The translations under genes were made by a program, and so were the position numbers. DNA of 21,084 nucleotides from Candidatus Thorarchaeota archaeon SMTZ1-45 (GTDB taxonomy: Archaea; Asgardarchaeota; Thorarchaeia; Thorarchaeales; Thorarchaeaceae). Below are positions 1 through 7,927 of this stretch, in pieces. Within the stretch, counting starts at the first letter, position 1. Each line of letters begins with the position of its first letter. The stretch spans positions 1-21,084 of the forward strand of contig LRSL01000056.1 of the NCBI GenBank assembly GCA_001563335.1, in the 5' to 3' direction. The notes under the pieces were generated by a model that was not told where the DNA came from, made no database searches, and saw only the letters and a program-made list of their open reading frames with translations.

Positions 1-1
1 G

Positions 2-382
2 ATTCTCTTTATGGGACTCGAAACAGAAGACATGGAAGTTGCAGAAAGAATACAAGAGAAATACATGAGCTGCCCGAGACTGCTAATGTTTGCTCCGGTG
101 ACAGGAAGATACAATGTATTCGCAGTAATGGTTGCAGAGGACACATGGAGTCTTGAATCGATAATTGGAACATGCAGTATGAGAACAGAGCCAGGCGTGA
201 GAAAATCAGAGAGCTGGTTTGGAAATGCGCCGGTTGCTCCCAAGTATTTGCAATTAAACTTGGCACCTGGTGCTCTTGGAGGTTCGGTTGCTCCTTGTGG
301 AAGAGATTGTGGTGCCTGTAGCACCAAACAAGTCCAAGAAGAAGACAAGAAAGAGCAAAGGTTAACTCGACGAAGCGCTTGA
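2..382 (+). CDS. Lrp/AsnC-family regulator, C-terminal part (5' end outside window), with a Cys-rich tail that looks truncated or frameshifted
   Basis: The frame is open from position 2. CPRLLMFAPVTGRYNVFAVMVAED resembles the AsnC/RAM ligand-binding domain (VTG.Y.). It is followed by APCGRDCGAC and then a low-complexity tail. Confidence 0.55.
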   Translation: MLFMGLETEDMEVAERIQEKYMSCPRLLMFAPVTGRYNVFAVMVAEDTWSLESIIGTCSMRTEPGVRKSESWFGNAPVAPKYLQLNLAPGALGGSVAPCGRDCGACSTKQVQEEDKKEQRLTRRSA

Positions 383-399
383 GTAAATTTGTGAGTCAA

Positions 400-990
400 A
401 TGAGTGATGTCTTCATTCACCCACTAGCTGTCATCGATGAAGGAGCCAAGATTGGCGAAGGAACACGAATCTGGCATTTTGCTCATGTTAGAGGGACCGC
501 AAAGATTGGCAAAGATTGTACCATTGGCAAGGATGTCTATATTGATGCAGATGTTGTCATAGGTAACAATGTGAAAATACAAAATGGAGTTTCGGTGTAT
601 AACGGAGTAACAATTGAAGATGATGTCTTCTGCGGTCCTCACATGACTTTCACCAATGATTTGTATCCTCGAGCGTTCAGTGCGTCTTGGGAGATCATGA
701 AAACGACTGTAAAGAGAGGAGCTTCGATAGGAGCACATGCAACAATAATCTGTAACATTACTCTTGGCGAGTTTTGTATGATTGGAAGTGGAGCTGTTGT
801 TACACATGATGTGCCACCATATGGTCTCGTTCTTGGCAACCCAGCAAGACTTGTGGGATTTGTTTGTAAATGTGGTCAGCCACTGAGTGAAGAAGTATCA
901 CGAAGTGACAAATCTATTATAATGCGTTGTGCAAAATGCGATTCAGAGATAGAGATACTGAAAGCAGATTTTAAGAAAAAGGTCAGGTAG
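400..990 (+). CDS. Hexapeptide-repeat (left-handed beta-helix) sugar N-acetyltransferase, WbpD/WxcM-like, with C-terminal zinc ribbon
   Basis: FIHPLAVID, IGEGTRIWHFAHV, KIQNGVSVY, FTNDLYPR and GNPAR motifs; C-terminal CKC...CAKC. ATG at 400 is preferred over TTG at 379. Confidence 0.88.
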   Translation: MSDVFIHPLAVIDEGAKIGEGTRIWHFAHVRGTAKIGKDCTIGKDVYIDADVVIGNNVKIQNGVSVYNGVTIEDDVFCGPHMTFTNDLYPRAFSASWEIMKTTVKRGASIGAHATIICNITLGEFCMIGSGAVVTHDVPPYGLVLGNPARLVGFVCKCGQPLSEEVSRSDKSIIMRCAKCDSEIEILKADFKKKVR

Positions 991-997
991 ACCTACG

Positions 998-3109
998 TTG
1001 TCTCACTTGTATAAGAAATTCGTGAAGGAAAGAGTTACCGCCTTAGTGAGTGAAACTGAGAACATCCGAAACGTAACGATAATAGCTCATATTGACCATG
1101 GAAAAACCACACTAAGTGATTCATTGATTGCTGCTTCTGGATTGCTTTCCAAGGAAGTTGCTGCGTCAGCCAGACTTCTCGATTATGATTATATCGAACA
1201 ACAGAGAGGTATCACGATTAAAGCGTCTGGAATTTCTTTAATTCATTCATTTCAAGGAGTAGACCACCTGATCAATCTTGTAGACACTCCGGGGCATATC
1301 GATTTCTCAAGTCATGTAACCCGAGGCCTTCGACTTACCGATGGTGCAGTAATTGTAGTTGATGCGATCGAAGGCATAATGGTTCAAACTGAAACTGTGA
1401 CAAGACAAGCGATGATGGAACTGGTTAGACCAGTGCTCTTTGTGAATAAGGTTGACAGGCTGATCAGAGAACGAAGATTGAACAGTCAAAAGACTGCTTC
1501 AGAAATTAATAAACTAGTTAGAGAATTCAATGCAATGCTTGGAAAGTACCTTGACGATAAAAGACTGGAAGAATGGGAGATATCCTTCAGCAATGGTTCG
1601 CTTAGTGTAGGTTCAGCAATTGATAAATGGGGACTCGATATAGTTACTCTGAAGGAATACACTGGAGGCAGTGAAAAAGCTGCGGATTTGACAAATGCGT
1701 TCCTCTCAATTCTTGATGAGATTGAAAAAGCATACAAGGCTGGAAAAAGAAAGGAGATAGGTGAGAGGTTTCCTGTTGCCAGGGTAGTATTGGATTCTGT
1801 TGTTAGAGTAGTTCCAAATCCCAAAGAGGCACAGTCATATAGAATCCCTATGCTTTGGGAAGGTAGTCCAGATTCGGAGATTGGAAGAAGTCTCATTAAT
1901 TGTAGTGCAAAAGGCCCTTGTATTTGTGTTGTTGGAGAGGTCCAACCGGATAGACATGCATCTACTGTTACAGCCGTGAGGATTTTTTCTGGAACTTTAG
2001 AGCGAGCAAAGCTTCTGACTAATCTAAGAACGAGAGAACAAAGGAAGTCACTGCAGATTGGTATGTATATGTCAAAAACTCGAGTCGATCTTTCGCAAGT
2101 GCCCGCAGGAAATTTGGCATTCATTTCGGGATTGAGAAACATTGCGGTTGGTGATACTCTTGTTGAAACAGAAACTTTCGAAAAAACAACAGAAACAATC
2201 CCTCCGATGATTGCACTGCAATATCCGACAGAGCCAGTTGTAACCTACGCAATAGAACCAAAGAGCTTAGTAGATTTGGGAAACATACAAGCACCAATTG
2301 AAGCATATGTGAAAACAGATCCCGCTCTAGAATTCGAAGTCAATCCAGAAACAGGTGAAATGCTCCTTTCGGGAGCAGGAGAGCTTCATATTGAGATTAC
2401 AGTTGAGAAACTTAGTAGGCAAGGATTAGAAGTCACACTTGGAAAACCAATGGTCCTTCTGAGAGAACAACTTACAACTGATGGTAAACCATTTTCTAGT
2501 GTAAATGAGAATGTCAGTTCATTCACTATTCGTGCGATTATTACATCCGATGAAATAGTGCCAGACACCCTTGGAACAGTGATTGATAAAGATCTAGGGT
2601 CGTCCTCCTGGATTATCGATTGTACTAAGACAATCAATCCGTTTGGAGACGAAGCTCAGTTGATTAAGGAGGCATTTAGGACAATCATTCGAAATGGACC
2701 ATTACGTGGTGAAAAAATGCGAAGATTGGGATTACTTATAGAAGGAGTACATATCAAGTCAGAAGCACCTGAAACTTCATGGAGAGACATCACGCAACCA
2801 CTGATAGATGTAGCCCGAAAAAGTGTATCAACAGGTGCCCCGGTTGTTTTGGAACCATGGATACATCTTGAAATTAGCACTCCTGAAGAGTATGTTGGAA
2901 CCTTGAGCGCCATCATTTCAAGGAGAAAAGGACAGGTTCTGGAAATAAACTCCAACAGATCTCTTTACAGACTTGACGCAGAGATACCTGTGAAAGAATC
3001 ATTTGGTCTAGCTAATGAGATTCGAACTTCCACTTCCGGATGGGCAACATGGGGAGCTCGAACTGGAGGTTATCGAAACATCAAAAATCCTGAGATTCGT
3101 TTTGACTAA
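998..3109 (+). CDS. Elongation factor 2 paralog (aEF-2p-like translational GTPase) lacking the diphthamide HRG loop
   Basis: G1 AHIDHGKTT, G2 RGITI, G3 DTPGHIDF, G4 NKVD; domain III ETGEMLLSGAGELHIEI; domain V LEP...ESFGLANEIRTSTSG. The HEDxxHRG loop is replaced by IKSEAPETSWRD. Confidence 0.9.
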   Translation: MSHLYKKFVKERVTALVSETENIRNVTIIAHIDHGKTTLSDSLIAASGLLSKEVAASARLLDYDYIEQQRGITIKASGISLIHSFQGVDHLINLVDTPGHIDFSSHVTRGLRLTDGAVIVVDAIEGIMVQTETVTRQAMMELVRPVLFVNKVDRLIRERRLNSQKTASEINKLVREFNAMLGKYLDDKRLEEWEISFSNGSLSVGSAIDKWGLDIVTLKEYTGGSEKAADLTNAFLSILDEIEKAYKAGKRKEIGERFPVARVVLDSVVRVVPNPKEAQSYRIPMLWEGSPDSEIGRSLINCSAKGPCICVVGEVQPDRHASTVTAVRIFSGTLERAKLLTNLRTREQRKSLQIGMYMSKTRVDLSQVPAGNLAFISGLRNIAVGDTLVETETFEKTTETIPPMIALQYPTEPVVTYAIEPKSLVDLGNIQAPIEAYVKTDPALEFEVNPETGEMLLSGAGELHIEITVEKLSRQGLEVTLGKPMVLLREQLTTDGKPFSSVNENVSSFTIRAIITSDEIVPDTLGTVIDKDLGSSSWIIDCTKTINPFGDEAQLIKEAFRTIIRNGPLRGEKMRRLGLLIEGVHIKSEAPETSWRDITQPLIDVARKSVSTGAPVVLEPWIHLEISTPEEYVGTLSAIISRRKGQVLEINSNRSLYRLDAEIPVKESFGLANEIRTSTSGWATWGARTGGYRNIKNPEIRFD

Positions 3110-3118
3110 ATGTCAAGG

Positions 3119-5419
3119 TTAACGTCGAAGATAGAACCTTCTATTCAAAACAGTTCCAAGTAGTGAAACTACTCTACGGTCCACTAGAGATACACCATCG
3201 ATCATTAGCAGTGCTCGATTCAGATTTGAGAAGACTGCATTAAGGTAAGGTTGGGCTTCAACCATTTCTGATTGTTCAACCATTTGAAGATAGGCGTCTG
3301 CGATTTTAATCAATCCAAGCCAGTCTTCGGCTAAAAGGTAGTCATATTGAGTTTGATCAGAAACAATGAGAGTTCCAGGAAATTTGCTCTTATCAACATA
3401 GGCTGCATATTGATTTTCAAGCGCTAGTGAAAAACGACGCAAAAGCTGTGATATCGATGAGGATGTTGCTTTAATGAACTCTGCTGACTCAATAAATGAT
3501 GGTTCTATTCTAAGGACATCACCAAATGCAATAGCAGCTCCATAGAAACCACTAGCCAATTCAGAGTAGTCCTTGTTATCATAAAATGCTCTTATTGTCT
3601 GGACAAGGTATGTTTGACCTAACCAATATTGAGCCAAAAGAGGATCGGTTTCAAGGACAGTGTCGTCTACAGGAGGTTGGATACGGCCACCAACCTCAAC
3701 GTTTAGTGCACTCAAATTCATCTTTGCTGTTGATAGAGCTGCCATTAAGCTAGCAACATTAGAAAGCTCTGATGCATTCTGACTCATAATCTTGGATCGG
3801 TCCAGAAGAGTGTTCCATGAGGACTCTATGAATGGTACGACAAGTGAAACACCTTGAATAAAGATCGAATCTTCATCCATTTGTACATCGAAAAGTAACC
3901 TATCGATATCATCTAGAAGCCTCATGAGTCTTGGAGGGATTGTACCTCCATGTCGAATTAGCAACCAAACGACATTATAGGTTGCAATTGCTACTTCTAC
4001 GAAAGCGCGATTGTCAGTAGGAAAGAGAGGAACATATTGTACAAGAATCTCACGAAGTGGATCTTGGATGTCTATATCTGACCTTTCAATCACACGCATC
4101 TTAGAAAGTGCTAAACCCATTCTAGTCCCAATGAGCTCGATTTCTGAAATCCGACCCTCAGAGAAATGGTCTTCTCTTAGTTTCACAGCTTTTTCAAAAG
4201 CTTCCACTCCAGTTGACCAAAACTCATCACATTCTGTGCATAGGCATGCCCAACCTATTGCATTCTCGGTTCTAGCAACTTCAAGGTCAGTATCAGGGTA
4301 TATGTCTTTCAATTCCCGTAGTAATTCCTTAGCTGCATCAAAATACTCTGTTGCTTTAGTGATGCTTTCATGATCACCAAGTAACCCATGTGCGAAACCA
4401 AGTCCTGCTAACGTTTTGAATATGTGAATTCTTTGACTTGCATCTAAGTCTTCAATACTATAGAATATTCTGAGTCCAAGCTGGAGCCGCTCTATGGCTT
4501 GAGGAACGCCCTCGCGCCAACCGTTTGCCAAGATACTCGAACCAATAACAAGGTGAGCTAACCCCACTTCAGGTTTTCCCACAAGTTTTGCGTTAAAAGC
4601 TAAATCATAGAGTTCTGCGGCTTTATCGCCAATATCGCGTGCAGTACGGTGTGAAACCGAATCATCTCTAGTTTCATTTACTCCTAGTTGGAGATTGACC
4701 GCCGCAAGCCAAACAGGATCATTTAGTGCTCTAGCTCTTCGCTCTAAATCCTTTAATTTCTCTCGAGCATCTTCAAATAGTCGGAGTTCCGTGAGAACAC
4801 AGGAATGGTCAAACGTAAGCTCATATAAAAGATCTTTTAGGCCAATCTCATTGCTTATCTCAATCAATCGATTAAGAAGTAGTTCAGCACCCTCAAAGAA
4901 ACCCTCCTCAGATAGAACCCATGCAAGATTGTGCACTTCATACAAAGCAAGATTGGTAGATCCCTCATGACGTCTATCGTAAATCGCATTTAGTGTCATG
5001 AGAACTTCGTCAGCTAGGAAAGGGAGTAGAGGTCTGAGATTAAGACGAATTGAAGAACTTAGTGCTTGTGAAAGCTCACCAAGCATGTCAATGAGATTGG
5101 GAATTGCTTCAATATCCGGAAGTAGCTCACATTCAGAGCGTCTGAAACTATTCGTATATCTTGTGTCAAGTAACAATAGTAGTTCAGGAAGTACGCGGCT
5201 TTTATGGAAAGACAATCGAATCGATAACTCAGTAAGCTTAGCACTAGCAAGACCAGTTCTACGAAGAATTATCTCTTCAATGGCACGTGCTATATCAAAG
5301 AGAGTATTTGCTTCTTCACTGTCATCGAAAGGGATATTCTGAACTGCTGAGAGCCCATCATCGAGAGATAGGTTTGCACAGAGTATGTCTCTCAATGTTG
5401 CTATCAACAGGTCTTGCAA
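3119..5419 (-). CDS. Large alpha-helical TPR-like repeat protein, function unknown
   Basis: 766-aa ORF with TPR-like helical pairs (HNLAWVLSEEGFFEGAELLL, GLGFAHGLLGDHESITKATEYFDAA, ENAIGWA). A GAGAGG SD-like sequence precedes the TTG start. Confidence 0.65.
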   Translation of the reverse strand: MQDLLIATLRDILCANLSLDDGLSAVQNIPFDDSEEANTLFDIARAIEEIILRRTGLASAKLTELSIRLSFHKSRVLPELLLLLDTRYTNSFRRSECELLPDIEAIPNLIDMLGELSQALSSSIRLNLRPLLPFLADEVLMTLNAIYDRRHEGSTNLALYEVHNLAWVLSEEGFFEGAELLLNRLIEISNEIGLKDLLYELTFDHSCVLTELRLFEDAREKLKDLERRARALNDPVWLAAVNLQLGVNETRDDSVSHRTARDIGDKAAELYDLAFNAKLVGKPEVGLAHLVIGSSILANGWREGVPQAIERLQLGLRIFYSIEDLDASQRIHIFKTLAGLGFAHGLLGDHESITKATEYFDAAKELLRELKDIYPDTDLEVARTENAIGWACLCTECDEFWSTGVEAFEKAVKLREDHFSEGRISEIELIGTRMGLALSKMRVIERSDIDIQDPLREILVQYVPLFPTDNRAFVEVAIATYNVVWLLIRHGGTIPPRLMRLLDDIDRLLFDVQMDEDSIFIQGVSLVVPFIESSWNTLLDRSKIMSQNASELSNVASLMAALSTAKMNLSALNVEVGGRIQPPVDDTVLETDPLLAQYWLGQTYLVQTIRAFYDNKDYSELASGFYGAAIAFGDVLRIEPSFIESAEFIKATSSSISQLLRRFSLALENQYAAYVDKSKFPGTLIVSDQTQYDYLLAEDWLGLIKIADAYLQMVEQSEMVEAQPYLNAVFSNLNRALLMIDGVSLVDRRVVSLLGTVLNRRFYLRR

Positions 5420-5473
5420 AGGAGCCTCTCCTATCCGATGATGCTCTCTCTTCCTGCTTTAAAGGTTTCACAG

Positions 5474-5480
5474 AAAAAAA
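5474..5480 (-). terminator. Putative archaeal oligo-T terminator after the second KaiC-like gene
   Basis: A7 on the + strand (T7 on the - strand) immediately after the TAA at 5481-5483. Confidence 0.4.
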
Positions 5481-6194
5481 TTATCGATGTATAACAAAAT
5501 CATGCCACTCACGAGAGGTGTCAGTCCCCCTCATACGCTCCATCCTAATTTGGTGGCGAGGTATTGGACCGCTATCATCAATTCTGAATCTCAGAACTGC
5601 ATCAGCTAGGTAGGAATAGGTTGCATATGTCGTTTCCTCATGTACACCCTCCTCAAGAATATACATGATACTATGCGATCCTTGCTTAATTCTACCACTC
5701 AACCGTTGAACTGCTCGTGGCATAGTAGCAGGAGTAGAATGAAGAATCAATGTGGAAAGACTGTCAATAACCACACGTGCGACTACAAGATTCTCCAGGA
5801 CCTCGGATAGGACAATTCCAAGTTCACTGATATCATCCACTTTTGTTAGGGACCTTGCAGGACCAAGCGTTGGAGCACCCATTCGCTCGGAGTATCCATC
5901 AATGAAGATGAACTTGCCAGATAGCTCATCTTCATCTATTGTCCATCCATGGCGACTCATATCATTTCGAATGACTCTTGGAGATACATCAGTTGTAACA
6001 AATACAGCTGGAAAGCCGGATCCAAGCCCCTCAGCGAGGAATGCCTCAGCATAGGTTGTCTTTCCCGACCCAAGAGGACCAACCAACATGTATGACACTT
6101 GCGTAAGTTGACCAAACTTGACAAGATCACTAATCATAGGAGTGGCTTTTGCTGGTGGTTGCACCACCCTTTGTGTGTTCTGATTCTCAACCAC
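5481..6194 (-). CDS. Single-domain KaiC/RAD55-like RecA-superfamily ATPase, degenerate catalytic site (CII-like)
   Basis: Walker A GPLGSGKT, Walker B VVIDSLS, SYLADAV, RMRG. The catalytic EE position reads TTDV. A GAGGA SD precedes the GTG start. Confidence 0.85.
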   Translation of the reverse strand: MVENQNTQRVVQPPAKATPMISDLVKFGQLTQVSYMLVGPLGSGKTTYAEAFLAEGLGSGFPAVFVTTDVSPRVIRNDMSRHGWTIDEDELSGKFIFIDGYSERMGAPTLGPARSLTKVDDISELGIVLSEVLENLVVARVVIDSLSTLILHSTPATMPRAVQRLSGRIKQGSHSIMYILEEGVHEETTYATYSYLADAVLRFRIDDSGPIPRHQIRMERMRGTDTSREWHDFVIHR

Positions 6195-6219
6195 TTTAAG
6201 GTCCTCGCTGTTTCTCCGA

Positions 6220-6966
6220 TTAACGCCCAGGACTGATTTCGCCAGGCCATACTCGGATTCCTTCGTCGGTTATTCTCATGGAATGAATCCTTGAACTATG
6301 CTTTGAGCCTCTCAATTTGAGAACCTCAATTGAACGAGATCGTGATGTGTCACTTATTTTCTCGTTATAAAGTACAATAACACCTGATGCTAAGAAGGCT
6401 TCGATGTCAAAAACACCAAATCCCTGTTCATGAGCTGGAATTTCGCTGGTAAGAAGGAGCGTACAACCAGTCCTTGTGATACTAGCAGCGAGCTTGAAGA
6501 ATTCCTCACGAAGGATATCTCGACTTTTAAATTTATACGCTAGAATTGAAAGGGTGTCGAGAACAACACGTTTTGCATTCAATTTCTTCACATGATTGAG
6601 AATAATAGCCTCCAGTCCGGAAAGGTCAAAGCTGGGATACTCTCCAATAGTTACTGGAGCTACTTCCTTAGATGGTGACAGGTCTACTATTGAAATCTTC
6701 TTTTCCTTCTCAAGCTTCTCGAGGTCCATTCCAAATCGAATCATGTTCCTTTTAATGAGGTGAGGAGGCTCTTCGAGTGTTACTAATACGCCAGCTTCAT
6801 TATAATCAGTTGCACCCTTATAGATGAACTGAGTTGCAAGAATGCTCTTTCCTGTCCCAGCTTTTCCAGCGACAAGTATTGTATCACCTCTGGGAAAGCC
6901 GCCCTCAATTAGTTCATCGAGGCCGGGAATTCCAGTCTTTACTCGTTCTATTGTAGTGTCGCTCAT
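6220..6966 (-). CDS. Single-domain KaiC-like ATPase (CI-like), catalytic motifs intact
   Basis: RVKTGIPGLDELIEGGFP, Walker A GKAGTGKS, TLEEP, RVVLDTLS, EAFLASGVIVL, RSIEVLKLRGSKH, ITDEGIRVWP. Confidence 0.92.
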   Translation of the reverse strand: MSDTTIERVKTGIPGLDELIEGGFPRGDTILVAGKAGTGKSILATQFIYKGATDYNEAGVLVTLEEPPHLIKRNMIRFGMDLEKLEKEKKISIVDLSPSKEVAPVTIGEYPSFDLSGLEAIILNHVKKLNAKRVVLDTLSILAYKFKSRDILREEFFKLAASITRTGCTLLLTSEIPAHEQGFGVFDIEAFLASGVIVLYNEKISDTSRSRSIEVLKLRGSKHSSRIHSMRITDEGIRVWPGEISPGR

Positions 6967-7295
6967 TCTGACTCATCCTTCTTTTTCGTCAATACTTTAG
7001 CACCAAGAACCATCTTCATCAGTAAGTCTGGTTCGGGAATACCGGTTACTGACACTCCACCTATCATTACTGTTGGAAGAGCAAAGATACCATACTCTTC
7101 GGCGGCTTCTGGATTCTCGCTGACGTTAATCACTTTCAACGTAAATACGTCAGAGCCAAAGTTTTCAATTGTTTCTCTTATTACTTCCTCTGCTCGTGGA
7201 CAAAATGCGCAAGAGTCAGACTTGAAGAAAACGACCTCGATTGTTTCAGAGTCGTCCTCTTCTATCGATGCCTTGCGTGTCTTTTTGTCCGACAA
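6963..7295 (-). CDS. Thioredoxin-fold protein with CAFC motif and KaiB-like segment
   Basis: CxxC (CAFC) and the cis-Pro motif ALPT; VFTLKVINVSENPEAAEEYGIFALPTV. An AGGAG SD precedes the TTG start, and the stop overlaps the KaiC-like start (ATGA). Confidence 0.85.
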   Translation of the reverse strand: MSDKKTRKASIEEDDSETIEVVFFKSDSCAFCPRAEEVIRETIENFGSDVFTLKVINVSENPEAAEEYGIFALPTVMIGGVSVTGIPEPDLLMKMVLGAKVLTKKKDESE

Positions 7296-7411
7296 ATGGA
7301 AGCACTCCTAGGTTTGAGAAACGGCAAGGTTCAAAGAAATGCTAGTCACTTGAATGTTTTGAGGGTGTTGGCGAATGCTCTTTTTCAGCGGCTATTATTA
7401 CCTGGGTAATA

Positions 7412-7807
7412 TCAGTACTTCAATAGACGCTTGATTCTTGTTGCTGCTTTTCCTATTGGTCGTGAATGATATCTAACATCACGAGGCATGACAGCAGCCA
7501 AAATGAGTGCCTGCTTTCCAGTAGTCCCAATCTTCTTGAAGACTGCTTTCCCATGAGTGCACCGAAGACTAATATCACGAATATCACCAAGCATCAATTC
7601 TTTCCTAACTCGCTCAGCTGAGTCAGAGATAAAACCAGAGACTGCCGCAACAACATCTCGATCTGCACCGGAAGAAACTGCTGAGGCAATTGAGAACCCA
7701 TCGTCTCTGACAAGAGCGGCGAGTGTAAATCCACCCTCCTTATTCATTTGCTCGAGAATCTTTGGAAGAACACTATAGTCAGGACGACTCATCCTAATTA
7801 TCTCCAT
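7412..7807 (-). CDS. Roadblock/LC7 (MglB-like) domain protein
   Basis: GGFTLAALVRDDGFSIAS, VVAAVSGFISDSAERVRKELMLG and terminal helix KAATRIKRLL match the roadblock pattern; 131 aa. Confidence 0.85.
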   Translation of the reverse strand: MEIIRMSRPDYSVLPKILEQMNKEGGFTLAALVRDDGFSIASAVSSGADRDVVAAVSGFISDSAERVRKELMLGDIRDISLRCTHGKAVFKKIGTTGKQALILAAVMPRDVRYHSRPIGKAATRIKRLLKY

Positions 7808-7840
7808 TTAACCAACGGTCTACCATCGAGTTATTCGTTT

Positions 7841-7888
7841 CCCTAATAAACAATGTGAGATTGAATTGACGACAGTAGAAATTTAAAT
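7841..7888. promoter_or_regulatory. Candidate divergent promoter between the roadblock and Rab-like genes
   Basis: GTAGAA-ATTTAAAT (7875-7888, BRE/TATA-like) lies about 40 nt before ATG 7928. TTTATTA on the - strand (7844-7850) lies about 40 nt before the roadblock start. Confidence 0.35.
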
Positions 7889-7927
7889 GCACTCGACTTC
7901 TGGACATGAGTACGGAGTAAGAGTGCG

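Noticed and set aside
5481-6966. A single two-domain kaiC split by sequencing error
   Set aside because: The first gene has a clean TAA, and the second has its own GAGGA SD and GTG start after a 25-nt spacer, so two genes are more likely. A bona fide circadian clock is also not claimed, as no kaiA is seen.
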